64,000 bases of DNA from a virus. Of this stretch, positions 35,278 to 45,516 are shown one piece after another (position 1 is the first letter of the stretch; each line of letters starts with the position of its first letter). The translations under genes and the position numbers were made by a program. Below the pieces are notes generated by a model. The model was not told the origin of the DNA and did no database searches. It worked only from the letters and a program-made list of their open reading frames with translations. The DNA lies in the IMG/VR virus record IMGVR_UViG_3300021379_000006, positions 53,830-117,829 of that record; one strand, given 5' to 3'.

Positions 35278-37218
35278 TTATGCTCCCGCATACATTATAG
35301 AAACAAAAATGTCATTAGCATGTGGTCCAGCTAATCTTGCTTCTACATCATCAATTGATACTTGAACAGTGTCAATCATCAATTGCTCTCCAGTTACAGT
35401 ATCAAAGTAACTTACAATAATAGGAGCAGCAGCACCTTGGCTTACACCAAATGCAGTACCAAAGCCATGAGCAATGGCCTGTACCGGAGTACCAGCAGGA
35501 ATAACATCATTTACTCTTACTCTTGATTGTCTGTCAGCAACCATGTCGCTAGCAGCTTTAGGAGTAACAGCACGTGAAGTATCAGTACCAGTAATTGCTT
35601 CAGCAGAAGTTGCTAATTCAACAACACCTTTTGCACTAGTAGTAGCATTATCACCAGAAATAGTAATAGCTGCAGTTTCAGAACCCGAACCAGTTACAGA
35701 AATACCATTAGAACCAGATGCAGTAGCAACGTAGTTACCAGTAGTATCAGTACCAAGAGCAACAGAGTTAGCTTGTACACCATCAACACTTACAGTAAGA
35801 GTTACGTTAGCAGAACCATCAATAGATACAGAACCAGAAGCATCACCACCAAGAGTAATAGTTCTAGCTGTTGCCCAGGCTGAGGCTGTATCAGCATTTC
35901 CTTCTAAATCACCAATAAATGCATTAGCACGTACATCATAACTAGCACCAAAATCCCATCTATCAATAGCTTCATCCCAAACTAAACTTACATTAGCAGA
36001 TGTACCACGCTCAACTTCAAAACCTGCATTTTGAGAAGGAGCACCTGTCTCATCAGAATTTAAAGTAATAATTGCATCACCAATATTAACTTGATTTGAG
36101 TTAACAGTAGTTGTAGTACCATTTACAGTCAAGTTACCAGGAATAATAACGGTAGATGTACCACCAGCAAGAGTCAAGCTATTTGCACCAATAGAAGCAC
36201 CAATAGTTCTGTTACCGGCAGCAAAATCTAATTCAGTTAAACCAGCAATAGAAGTTGAAGTACCACCTAAAGCTACAGTTGTAGAACCAAATGTTACGTC
36301 ATTGTTTGCAAGTGCACTATTAGGTACGTTTGATAAACCAAGAGTGATTGTTCCACTTGTAGTAATAGGAGATCCTGAATCTACATCAATACCATCTGTA
36401 CCAGCAATAGCTACAGAAGTAACAGTACCAGTAGTAGCAGTAAATGGTAAATCACTAATTGCAAAACGTTCTGCATTTCCTGAGTCATTATTAGAAACAA
36501 GGAAAGACCAATCTGGTTGTATAGCAATACCTCTTGAGTCTGTGGCAGCAACAACAACGTTATCTGTACCTAGGTAATCAACATTTAATGTTACACTACT
36601 ACCCAATGCTACAGTACCGCCATCCTGCAAACCTTTACCAGCAATAATTTCAACTGAGTCATTAGCTAATGAACTGTTAGGAACGTTAGAAAGACCAATT
36701 GCAATAGTACCTGAAGTAGTAATAGGGCTACCAGAAATAGTAACACCGCCAGAACCAGAAGCAGCAACGCTTGTTACAGTACCAGAGTTGTTAGAGAATG
36801 GTAAGTCAGCAACAAGACCTTTCTTAACATTATTGTCTGTTGCATCGTGGTATACAATAGTATCTTCATAACTAATATCTGTACCTTCAAGGTCTGTAGC
36901 AGAATCAATAAAGTTGTTTGTGCCAGCATAATCAAGAGAGATAGTACCAGATACTGCACCTGAAGTACCAGAAGCACTACCAGTAAGACCAGTACCACTT
37001 GATACAGATACAGAAGTAATATCACCTGACGCAGAAACCCATCCCGATCCATCAAATACTTCTAACGAACCCGTTGATGAGTTGTAAATAATCTGACCCG
37101 CTGTAGGACTTGCAGGTCTTGTTGCAGTGGTAAGAGTATGTATTACAGCATTCTGTAACTCGTACCCTTGCATGTCAATGTTTAATGTCTCTAAATGAGA
37201 CAAATACTTAAGAGCCAT
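35278..37218 (-). CDS. Tail fibre protein
   Basis: GTVTSV repeats, GNLTVNGTTTTVNS, TARTITLGGDASGS, KGVVELAT fibre motifs. Confidence 0.8.
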   Translation of the reverse strand: MALKYLSHLETLNIDMQGYELQNAVIHTLTTATRPASPTAGQIIYNSSTGSLEVFDGSGWVSASGDITSVSVSSGTGLTGSASGTSGAVSGTISLDYAGTNNFIDSATDLEGTDISYEDTIVYHDATDNNVKKGLVADLPFSNNSGTVTSVAASGSGGVTISGSPITTSGTIAIGLSNVPNSSLANDSVEIIAGKGLQDGGTVALGSSVTLNVDYLGTDNVVVAATDSRGIAIQPDWSFLVSNNDSGNAERFAISDLPFTATTGTVTSVAIAGTDGIDVDSGSPITTSGTITLGLSNVPNSALANNDVTFGSTTVALGGTSTSIAGLTELDFAAGNRTIGASIGANSLTLAGGTSTVIIPGNLTVNGTTTTVNSNQVNIGDAIITLNSDETGAPSQNAGFEVERGTSANVSLVWDEAIDRWDFGASYDVRANAFIGDLEGNADTASAWATARTITLGGDASGSVSIDGSANVTLTVSVDGVQANSVALGTDTTGNYVATASGSNGISVTGSGSETAAITISGDNATTSAKGVVELATSAEAITGTDTSRAVTPKAASDMVADRQSRVRVNDVIPAGTPVQAIAHGFGTAFGVSQGAAAPIIVSYFDTVTGEQLMIDTVQVSIDDVEARLAGPHANDIFVSIMYAGA

Positions 37219-37257
37219 AATTGTTTTTTTTATTTATTACTTAATTTTTTGTTGCTA

Positions 37258-37779
37258 TTAATTCAAGTAAGCTGTCCCAGCAACAGGAATAGCAAACTGT
37301 ATTCTTACCGTATTGTTATTTGTGTAATCAATCTCACCCATAATATCTGCCCCTGTAAGATCTTCTAGTCTTACTGAAGGTTTTTTATTTAGATTATGAT
37401 TGATAATCCATGTTGTACTTGCTGTTGGTTGATCATGTACGTAACTAAGATCTTTTTCATCTTCTAATGCAGTAGTTTCAAGAATCTCAATTCTTTTAAT
37501 TAATGCATCAATGTCAGCGCTTGTCCAAGAAGTTACACCATTCTCTGTAGGAGTTTGGCAAACAATTATACTTTCTGTTGTTGTTTTCAATTCTTCACTA
37601 GCTGTTTTAACTACAAGTTTTAGATCATCCCAATCACACAATTCTTTATCTATAGTAGCAGACTCCATGTCAAGTAGACAACATGGGTCCATACCATATC
37701 TAAGAGATACAAAGTTTTTGTATACAGCATTAGCAAACTTTTTTTCTATCTCTATCTTTTTAATTAAAGCTGTGTCCAT
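37258..37779 (-). CDS. Virion structural protein (fibre-associated)
   Basis: C-terminal WIINHNLNKKPSV...GTAYLN beta domain common in phage fibre proteins. Confidence 0.65.
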   Translation of the reverse strand: MDTALIKKIEIEKKFANAVYKNFVSLRYGMDPCCLLDMESATIDKELCDWDDLKLVVKTASEELKTTTESIIVCQTPTENGVTSWTSADIDALIKRIEILETTALEDEKDLSYVHDQPTASTTWIINHNLNKKPSVRLEDLTGADIMGEIDYTNNNTVRIQFAIPVAGTAYLN

Positions 37780-37780
37780 T

Positions 37781-37912
37781 TTACTTTTTTGTTGCAGTCT
37801 GCAGAGTAGCTTCGTATTGACTCAAACATGTTTTATGAACAGTTGAACCATCTGATGCTTTAGTCTTTTGACATCCGCAGCTAAACGCTTTGTTACATTT
37901 CTTACAAGTCAT
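37781..37912 (-). CDS. 43-aa Cys/His-rich protein (not in ORF track)
   Basis: MTCKKCNKAFSCGCQKTKASDGSTVHKTCLSQYEATLQTATKK; fills the gap exactly; AAACCAAC leader. Confidence 0.75.
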   Translation of the reverse strand: MTCKKCNKAFSCGCQKTKASDGSTVHKTCLSQYEATLQTATKK

Positions 37913-37932
37913 AATGTTGGTTTATTTATAGT

Positions 37933-38484
37933 TTAACATCCTACAGTCTTACATGAAATCTTTTGAAGTCTTTTCTTTGCATAACTATACAAAGCCATAC
38001 CTTCATCTGGACTATTACAGTATTCTGTTTTTGCAACAGCTGCATCTATAACAGTTCTGATATATTTCATTTCATCAATAAGATCTTTTCTTTCACTATG
38101 AGGTTCGCACGCTTTAACATCAATGTCACATAATGTGTTGTAGTATAATGTTAGTAAGTTAGTGATTCTCAAATGGTTATATTCCACATATACTTTATCT
38201 CCAGGAGATACGCTATATTTTATGATATAAATACCATCTGCTAATGCTGTTCTCATTGTACCACAATTTTCTGTTTGTGTACCCAAAAGACAACCATTTA
38301 AATTTAGATCAAACTGAGGATCAACTTTAATAAGAACAGGAGCATTGTACCCCGGTGATGTAACCAATAGCTCACCACAATCTACATCTAACTTAGATGT
38401 GTATTGGCTAGTATCTTTAATGCTTAGAATCTCACAATTAGCTACTGTGGGAACTTCTAAACTTAATATATGCTTATCGGCCAT
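37933..38484 (-). CDS. Conserved structural protein (crAss-like gene 73 position)
   Basis: LADGIYIIKYSV motif; synteny. Confidence 0.55.
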   Translation of the reverse strand: MADKHILSLEVPTVANCEILSIKDTSQYTSKLDVDCGELLVTSPGYNAPVLIKVDPQFDLNLNGCLLGTQTENCGTMRTALADGIYIIKYSVSPGDKVYVEYNHLRITNLLTLYYNTLCDIDVKACEPHSERKDLIDEMKYIRTVIDAAVAKTEYCNSPDEGMALYSYAKKRLQKISCKTVGC

Positions 38485-38552
38485 AATATTTCTAATTAAA
38501 TAAATAATGTACTACATAGATAATATACTAAAAAAAGCTGACATTATAAAAT

Positions 38553-38582
38553 AAAAAGGGTGAGAGATTTCTCCCCCACCCT
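38553..38582 (-). terminator. Intrinsic terminator
   Basis: AGGGTGGGGG-loop-CTCTCACCCT plus T-tract on the minus strand. Confidence 0.75.
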
Positions 38583-38605
38583 TCTATATCTATGGTCAGT
38601 GTTTC

Positions 38606-39832
38606 TTACTGATCAATTGAAGTTTCTCTAGCAATTGGATTACCAGAAGAATTTGCCGCGGTCACCAATGCATCTAACAAGGCTTCAACTTGACCTTGTG
38701 TTTCTGCATCATCACATCTAACAAAAATCTCGTATACATACTGATCATTGTCAAATACGCTTGTTGCATTATTCAAACGTGGAATGCTGTGTTGTACGTA
38801 GTAAGTTTTGTACAAAGCGCTACGGTCTACAGCAGAAATGATTTCCTCAGACCCTTCAATCTCACGCATACGGAAAGCATCCATGTTTCCTTGGTGGAAA
38901 GGAGCTTGACCGTAAGACTCAGTCAATAAAAGTTGTCTCAATACACTTTCACCTTGAGTTTGTTTCATTGTACCAGGAGTAGCTTCAGCAACACCACAGT
39001 CATTACAAGGATCACCAGTTTCATCAAGCAAAGAAGCTACCAATTGGATAGGCTCTTTACCGTAGTAATCACGAGTATCAAAAGTACAATCACCAAACTT
39101 AGTGTCAACGTAAGCACCTTCAAACATAATCTTAGCAGAAACATCGTCACCTACTGGATCAGTTGAAGCAACGTAAGTACCGTCTAATACGTCAGCAATG
39201 CTGTAAACAGTTACAACACCAGCAACAGATACAGAGATACCACCGCCAGTTTTTTCTTTAACAAAAGGAGCAATGATTGGGTCAGCCAAAAGCATTTTAC
39301 CCATCTTAGCAAGTGCTACTGCAGGATCAAGGTATTCTTGACCATCTACACAACACAATCCAGGTACATCACCGTCAGCAGCGTCACCAGCAGAATCACC
39401 AATAGCGTAAGCATTGTGGTTCAAGAAACGCAAAGCAGGAGCACCTTTAACGTCCAAACGGAGCATTAAAACACTACCACATGGGTGACACTTAGGACCA
39501 ACTTCAATAGAAGCAGTTGCAGCTGTAGCATCAACACAGCTAGACTCCCATACTCTTGTCAAGTATTTTGGGTTGATTCCTTTTGATTTTACAGATTCTC
39601 CATAACCACCATGGTGTTTGTTACCACCAATAGTGTCACTTGAATGAAGAGAACCTTGTACTAAATAAGCCATTCCAGGTACAGGGAAAGCACCAGCTGC
39701 ATGAGCAGTCCAGTCATCACCATCTACCAAGGCCAATTGACCTGCAGCTAAATCTGCAGTCTTAGTTCCATCAGCAGCATCAGCTGATACCGCTAAAAAG
39801 CTTTTATAAAAAGCATGATTAAAATAAGCCAT
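38606..39832 (-). CDS. Abundant structural protein (crAss-like gene 74 / auxiliary capsid position)
   Basis: Own promoter motif and terminator; codon bias similar to the major capsid gene. Confidence 0.6.
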   Translation of the reverse strand: MAYFNHAFYKSFLAVSADAADGTKTADLAAGQLALVDGDDWTAHAAGAFPVPGMAYLVQGSLHSSDTIGGNKHHGGYGESVKSKGINPKYLTRVWESSCVDATAATASIEVGPKCHPCGSVLMLRLDVKGAPALRFLNHNAYAIGDSAGDAADGDVPGLCCVDGQEYLDPAVALAKMGKMLLADPIIAPFVKEKTGGGISVSVAGVVTVYSIADVLDGTYVASTDPVGDDVSAKIMFEGAYVDTKFGDCTFDTRDYYGKEPIQLVASLLDETGDPCNDCGVAEATPGTMKQTQGESVLRQLLLTESYGQAPFHQGNMDAFRMREIEGSEEIISAVDRSALYKTYYVQHSIPRLNNATSVFDNDQYVYEIFVRCDDAETQGQVEALLDALVTAANSSGNPIARETSIDQ

Positions 39833-39914
39833 TTTTAAAAAAATTTAGGTTTAACAAATAAATACTGTGCTTAGTGCACACATATAATATACAATATTTC
39901 TTTTATTATTCCAA

Positions 39915-40391
39915 TTAACTGAGAAATAATAGTTTATACTTAGCTGTATTTATCTGATCTTTTATTAGATCTAGATTATTTACAACTTCTGTATGAGGCA
40001 TTACCTTCTGCAAATCTGCAATCTGCATTGACAATGTTCTCATATATTCTACTGCTCCATCTACACTCAATAGTCTTACAGGAGCTTTATCTGGATAATT
40101 AAGCAGAACCTCACAAGCACCTTGATATCCTTCTGCAATTGTGTCTGCTAAACCAGGTAATGCATCATAGATTTCATTCAGTGCAATATGCTGAGCGTAA
40201 GATCCATCTCCTGTAACTTGTAAATGTAGTTTATGAAAGCTGGTAGCAGCATTCATAATTTCAACAACTAAATCAGCTGTCATTCCATCTACCTCTTTCA
40301 TTTCAGCTGATCTTTCTTTCATAGCCATTTTAGTAGCCGGTCTAGATAAACCTTTAGAAGCTTCTTTTCTTAATGTTCTTTTATTTTCCAT
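39915..40391 (-). CDS. Ferritin/Dps-like four-helix protein
   Basis: HKLHLQ...SYAQHIALNEIYD...DTIAEGYQG ferroxidase-like pattern. Confidence 0.75.
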   Translation of the reverse strand: MENKRTLRKEASKGLSRPATKMAMKERSAEMKEVDGMTADLVVEIMNAATSFHKLHLQVTGDGSYAQHIALNEIYDALPGLADTIAEGYQGACEVLLNYPDKAPVRLLSVDGAVEYMRTLSMQIADLQKVMPHTEVVNNLDLIKDQINTAKYKLLFLS

Positions 40392-41092
40392 TAGTTATTT
40401 CTTTCAGCAGATTGTTGATTAATTGAATACTGATTAAAGTTTTCAATATCACCAGCAATTAAGGAAGCAGTTTCATCTAATAATAATTCTACAATGTCAT
40501 CTTTAAACTCACATTCTACATCCACAAGTGTTTGAGCACCGGTGTAGGGGTTTTGACAACCCGCTATTTCTATATTAACGGGTTGTCTATAGTAAGTTAA
40601 AATAACATCTGTAATATCAAACTCTCTTCTATATACTCTTACATTATTACCCAACCATGTACAGAATGTCTCACCCCAATCATAATCAGGTCTTTTAAGA
40701 GGATCTCTCATTATTAAATCAACATTAGCTTCTTCAGACAAATAAACAGTCATTGATCTTGGATCAGGACAACACTCACTTGTAGCATAGGCAGAAATTC
40801 TTTTGTATTCCATATAATTATCTGGAATACTGCTAGATTCAAAATACCTATCTTCTTGAGAACCAGGTAAGTTAGATTCTTCTAAAAGAATTTGTAAATC
40901 ATCAATTCTTCTTTTAGACATCTCATCACCTTCACGGTATAAATTATTTCCGTGTAATTGACGCCTTACCCATTCAATCTGAGCTTTGTTAAATGCCTCT
41001 ACAATTTGCCAGCATTCTATATTATCATAGTCATTACTAGCAAGCTTGTTAAGCCTTTGTTTTAATTTAATTTGTAGAGTTTGATTATTCAT
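40391..41092 (-). CDS. Head-tail ring/adaptor protein
   Basis: FNKAQ, IPDNYMEY, LTYYRQP motifs; synteny. Confidence 0.65.
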   Translation of the reverse strand: MNNQTLQIKLKQRLNKLASNDYDNIECWQIVEAFNKAQIEWVRRQLHGNNLYREGDEMSKRRIDDLQILLEESNLPGSQEDRYFESSSIPDNYMEYKRISAYATSECCPDPRSMTVYLSEEANVDLIMRDPLKRPDYDWGETFCTWLGNNVRVYRREFDITDVILTYYRQPVNIEIAGCQNPYTGAQTLVDVECEFKDDIVELLLDETASLIAGDIENFNQYSINQQSAERNN

Positions 41093-41103
41093 TATCTAAT
41101 GTG

Positions 41104-42120
41104 TTATGTATTCCAGTATGGTTCTACTTTGGACATTAAGCTCATTAGAGTATCTTCATTTGCAGGATCTTTTAGATATTCAATTGCTTCATTAGGTCTC
41201 TTACCTAACTTTTCTGAACTATCTACGGTTTCAATCCAACCTGAAGACTTTGGTACTAAGAATCTATAGAACAGTGCATCTTTAACCAATGCTCTAATTT
41301 TTAGATTCTCCATTGAGTCTTTAGAAGCATCTAAGAAATTCTGAGCTGCTCTTTTTTTGTTAGACTCTGTACCTTCACCATTAATGAACGCATCCATATT
41401 TTCATACATGATATCATTTGGAGTTGACTTTGTGTATTGAATGCTATCTACATCAACACTCTTAGCCACATACATCAACTTCGTTGTATCAGTATCATAT
41501 AACTTTTGCAACTCAACCAAAGCTTTGTTCTTTAGTTTTGTGTACTGTGTTCTTTCACTGATGGTTTCTTCAATTTGATCTAAGTAAAACTTAGGTGGAT
41601 TAACCGCTTTCTTTGCATCCTTTAATGACTTTGCTACTATAGAAAAGCCGCCTGCATTGATGGCATAAATCTTAATCAAATCATATGGATCCTTTGAAGG
41701 ATCAAGATAAACTGGATCATTGCCACATCTTAAACTGATGCGTGACCAAAATTTATCATTATCTGGTTTTAATAAACTTACTTTGTTCCAGAAGTCTTTG
41801 TCTTCAGGATCAATTACATTAGCTGCTAGTTCAGCTTCAAGCTGTGCTACCACCTGTCTAATTTCTTTTACTTTCACCTCACGTTCTCCAGGTGATAGTC
41901 TTTTTACATCAGGTGCAAATTCATTAAGACCTGTAACATATCTTTTAACACCGTTTATTTCTAAACAGGCTAAAGATTCTTCATGCCACACTCCTTCGTG
42001 AAGTGCCATTCCATATTGCTCTAATCCCATGTTTTGTTTGCTAGGATCAAAGAAAGGACGTATAGCAATTGCTTGATTTTTGCTTTGCTGATACTTTTCT
42101 ACAATAGTGTAATCACTCAT
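41104..42120 (-). CDS. Conserved late protein (crAss-like gene 75 position)
   Basis: 338 aa ORF directly downstream of the capsid unit. Confidence 0.6.
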   Translation of the reverse strand: MSDYTIVEKYQQSKNQAIAIRPFFDPSKQNMGLEQYGMALHEGVWHEESLACLEINGVKRYVTGLNEFAPDVKRLSPGEREVKVKEIRQVVAQLEAELAANVIDPEDKDFWNKVSLLKPDNDKFWSRISLRCGNDPVYLDPSKDPYDLIKIYAINAGGFSIVAKSLKDAKKAVNPPKFYLDQIEETISERTQYTKLKNKALVELQKLYDTDTTKLMYVAKSVDVDSIQYTKSTPNDIMYENMDAFINGEGTESNKKRAAQNFLDASKDSMENLKIRALVKDALFYRFLVPKSSGWIETVDSSEKLGKRPNEAIEYLKDPANEDTLMSLMSKVEPYWNT

Positions 42121-42250
42121 TCTAATTGGTTTTTAAAAATTAATAATATTTAGTTGTTTACTCAAAAATAGACACATGTCTATATTTATTATTAATATTT
42201 CTAATGCTGGTTTCCCAGCAAAAGTTATTTGAGAAATAACAACTTAATCA

Positions 42251-42409
42251 TCAAGGATTTTGTTCAAGAACTTGTATTCTTTGTTCTAAAGAGTTAATAT
42301 ATTCAACTACTTCATTTAAGTGAGCAAATCTGGCCATGCCATGCTCTGATCTTGACGCTTTGTCAAGAACCTCATCACGGTTTTTTTGTTTGAATTTATC
42401 AAGTGCCAT
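42251..42409 (-). CDS. 52-aa protein downstream of the capsid gene (not in ORF track)
   Basis: MALDKFKQKNRDEVLDKASRSEHGMARFAHLNEVVEYINSLEQRIQVLEQNP; A-rich leader; C-terminal heptad pattern. Confidence 0.7.
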   Translation of the reverse strand: MALDKFKQKNRDEVLDKASRSEHGMARFAHLNEVVEYINSLEQRIQVLEQNP

Positions 42410-42423
42410 GGTATATTTTTTTT

Positions 42424-42459
42424 AAAAAAAAGGGAGGAGGTTTTACCCACCTCCCCTTT
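42424..42459 (-). terminator. Intrinsic terminator after the major capsid gene
   Basis: GGGGAGGTGG-GTAAAA-CCTCCTCCC plus T8 on the minus strand. Confidence 0.8.
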
Positions 42460-42479
42460 CTGGTTATAAAATTATGTTA

Positions 42480-44096
42480 TTAGAATGAACCTCCAGTTAC
42501 AGGGTTTCTCATAACAATTTTCAATACTTTGGTTGGATCTTTCACCCATACAGCTGGCATGGTTTGAGTCATGTAAACTCTGTAACCATTAAAGTTACCA
42601 GAAGAAGCAAAGCCTTGAGTACGTCCCATGTAGTCCATAGTACCATTTTGGTAGAACCACTTCAATTGGTTATCCCAAGACAACTTCAACAAGTGAATGT
42701 TATCGTTACCATTTTCAGTCACATCAAAGATGATGAAGCTGTAAGAGCTCAATGGACGTCCATCAATCAATGGATTCTCAACATCATTAGTGTGAAGGTT
42801 ATCAAATGCTGGGTTCAATACAAACTTAACATTTGCCAAGAAAGGAATAGTAAAGCTTGTGTAAGCAAAACCAAAGTCTAGATCCATACCTTGTCCAGTT
42901 ACAGCACCAATTTCAGATGCATTCTGTACAAGACCTGAACCGTAAACTTCATCAGCAATAGCTTTGTTAATTAGCTGCATACCACCGATACCAGTTTGTA
43001 CAACTAATTGACGCTGTGGGTCTGGTCCTTTGAACTCAACTTTACCTTGGTAGAAGTTGTAGAGTTCAGACTTAAACATATCTAGAGAGAAAGCAGACTT
43101 GTTGTAAACTCTCTTGAAAGAGTTATCCAACTGAGACCAAAGACCTACAGACAATCTGATATCATCCGGTCCGTCTTGCTTAATTCTACCACCCTTACCC
43201 CACATTAGGTAAGTTTCAATGTCATTAGCAATTTTGCTAAGGTGAGCTGCTTCCATATTAGTAACGAAAGTTCTGCTCAATCTACCTTCTTCAAATGCTT
43301 GACGTGCACCAGATTTACCCATGCTAGCTACTAATTCTTCAATAGAAGAAACAGAAGGGTTACCGCTGTCATCAAAGTTTCTCCAGATTTCCGTTACAGG
43401 CACAGTACCATCAGCATTCAAACCACCTTTGATCATAAGATCAGCGCGGCTAGATACAGAGTAGTGTACGTGTGCTTCAGCTCCACCAACAAAGTTGTAG
43501 AACTCACGGAATCCAGAACCAGTTTCAATGTCAGAGAATCTTTCTCCGTACTCACCACGTGCAGAACCTTTTCTGAAGTACTTAGTTCCAGCAGCCAAGT
43601 AAGAGTTATCCAAAGAAACAGCACTGTTGTTGTTTACCAACTGAACAGTGTAGATGAATCCGTCACCAGCAGGGATAATGTCATCAGCAGTGATGTACAT
43701 TTCCAAGCCATTGTACTTGTCATAAGTAATGATATCACCGTGACCGAAAGCTCTCTTAGAAAGCTTGATCTTAAAGGTAGTACCATCAACACCTTTTGCA
43801 TCATTTGCTGGCTCAATGTCAGCTATAACAAAAGGTAAATCTTGAGCGATTGGAGTTTGCCATTTATACTCACCACGTGCGTTGTCTACTAAGATTGTAT
43901 TCTTTCCACCAAAAGAAGCCATTTGATAAAGAGGCATTTCAACTTTTTGAGTCATTGCCCACAAATCAACTGGTCCCATATCCATAGGCTCGGCAGAACC
44001 AAGCATCTGGGTAAGGTGATAAGAATCAACATGAGAACTTGCTTTGTAGGCAGTATCTCTTAGGAAAATTCCATTGTTTAAAACAGGAGTTGCCAT
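42480..44096 (-). CDS. Major capsid protein
   Basis: 538 aa; follows terminase-portal-scaffold; strong codon bias; strong terminator. Confidence 0.85.
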   Translation of the reverse strand: MATPVLNNGIFLRDTAYKASSHVDSYHLTQMLGSAEPMDMGPVDLWAMTQKVEMPLYQMASFGGKNTILVDNARGEYKWQTPIAQDLPFVIADIEPANDAKGVDGTTFKIKLSKRAFGHGDIITYDKYNGLEMYITADDIIPAGDGFIYTVQLVNNNSAVSLDNSYLAAGTKYFRKGSARGEYGERFSDIETGSGFREFYNFVGGAEAHVHYSVSSRADLMIKGGLNADGTVPVTEIWRNFDDSGNPSVSSIEELVASMGKSGARQAFEEGRLSRTFVTNMEAAHLSKIANDIETYLMWGKGGRIKQDGPDDIRLSVGLWSQLDNSFKRVYNKSAFSLDMFKSELYNFYQGKVEFKGPDPQRQLVVQTGIGGMQLINKAIADEVYGSGLVQNASEIGAVTGQGMDLDFGFAYTSFTIPFLANVKFVLNPAFDNLHTNDVENPLIDGRPLSSYSFIIFDVTENGNDNIHLLKLSWDNQLKWFYQNGTMDYMGRTQGFASSGNFNGYRVYMTQTMPAVWVKDPTKVLKIVMRNPVTGGSF

Positions 44097-44136
44097 AATT
44101 GATTGTTATTATTGATTGTTATTATTTGTTTTATTA

Positions 44137-45417
44137 TTAAAACCTTTTAAATATGTTATTGCTTCTTTGAATCTTTCTCTTAGAAGAACGTTGTTTTGTA
44201 TCTTCTTCACGCTCTTGTACTCCAAGAGATGATCCACCAGCATTAGCTTGTTCAGTCTTAAGCTTTCTTACCGTTTTCTCAACACTTTTCTGCGCACCTT
44301 TCTCCATGATCTTGGATTTGTATCCATCAGGATCAGATAACAACCACAGTGCCTCTGAAATCAGTGTATAGTTTGGTTCAACAAACTGATACTTTTCAAG
44401 CAAGTGACCTAACAAGTTTGTATTTCTACCACTTACTGAAGGGTAATTAGGTTGTACTAAACCATTGTATAGCATAGACTGTGTCTTTCTATCAACTTTA
44501 ATATCACCTAAACTTCCTTCCTTAAGAGTATTATACACGTTTTGCATGTATTGCTGTGATGCTTGTTCTTGTTGTCTTTTGCGCATTTCTTGCTCTTGCA
44601 ATTTTTGCGCAACAATCTTTTCTTGCATCTTATCTAATTTTGGTTTGAACTTAGCAGCTTGTTGTTCAAGCTTTCCTAAGTCTTTCCAAATTTCAATTTC
44701 TTCAGCAATCTCTTCAGCTGTTCCGTAACCAGTTGCCTGGAGGTAATCTCTAATAATAGCCTCTTGATCTCTTTCATTTTTAACATCCAAACTTCTGGTT
44801 TCTTCAGTTTGAGCTAATGTTGAAAATAGACCTTTAAGGTCTGTACCTCCATCTGCTACATAACGGGCAGCTATTTGGAGTTCTTGCGGTAAACTTTCAA
44901 AGAACTGTTTGGGTGTCTCTCTTCTAACTTGTTGAGCTCTCTCTTCCAAATTAGCTTCAATGAGTTCTTCCCAGTCTTTTGCCGTATATTCTTCTAACGG
45001 CTTATCATCATCAAAAGGAACAATTTTATCATCTTTTATAAGCTTGTTAAATACATCACTTATTCCAGAAATCTTTTTTCTTCCTCTTTTTTCTTTTTTC
45101 TCTTCTACCTCATCCTCTTCATCACCTTCATCAAGTGCAGCAAATACATCTTCTGCACTTTCTTTAGGTTCTGCTGGAGTCTCTTCTTCAGCTGTTGCTT
45201 CTGTTTCAACTTCTTCTTTAGCTTGTTCTTCTTCAGAATCTGGTTCTGTAAAAGAGAAATCAGCTTCTACTGTTGGTTTACTAAATACTGATTTAGGTGT
45301 ATTTTCTTCTTGTGGAACTGTTACACTATCTGCGCCTGCAGCACCATCAAATAAAGAATCTAAATCAATGTTTTCTTGAGTAACTTTACTCTCAACTGTT
45401 TTAGTTTCTGTTGCCAT
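44137..45417 (-). CDS. Scaffold-like protein (probable start ATG 45417, MATETK)
   Basis: Acidic disordered N-terminus and coiled coil between portal and capsid; a promoter motif overlaps the track's TTG start. Confidence 0.7.
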   Translation of the reverse strand: MATETKTVESKVTQENIDLDSLFDGAAGADSVTVPQEENTPKSVFSKPTVEADFSFTEPDSEEEQAKEEVETEATAEEETPAEPKESAEDVFAALDEGDEEDEVEEKKEKRGRKKISGISDVFNKLIKDDKIVPFDDDKPLEEYTAKDWEELIEANLEERAQQVRRETPKQFFESLPQELQIAARYVADGGTDLKGLFSTLAQTEETRSLDVKNERDQEAIIRDYLQATGYGTAEEIAEEIEIWKDLGKLEQQAAKFKPKLDKMQEKIVAQKLQEQEMRKRQQEQASQQYMQNVYNTLKEGSLGDIKVDRKTQSMLYNGLVQPNYPSVSGRNTNLLGHLLEKYQFVEPNYTLISEALWLLSDPDGYKSKIMEKGAQKSVEKTVRKLKTEQANAGGSSLGVQEREEDTKQRSSKRKIQRSNNIFKRF

Positions 45418-45516
45418 AATATGTTGGTTTTTGTAATTACTAATTCTTACATATACAATATACAAAACATTTTTAGGAATAAACTTACAAAATGCAACTT
45501 ATGGTTTTGATTTTGT

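Noticed and set aside
42375-42392. A_AAA_AAC slippery site in the 52-aa ORF
   Set aside because: The -1 frame reaches TGA after one more codon
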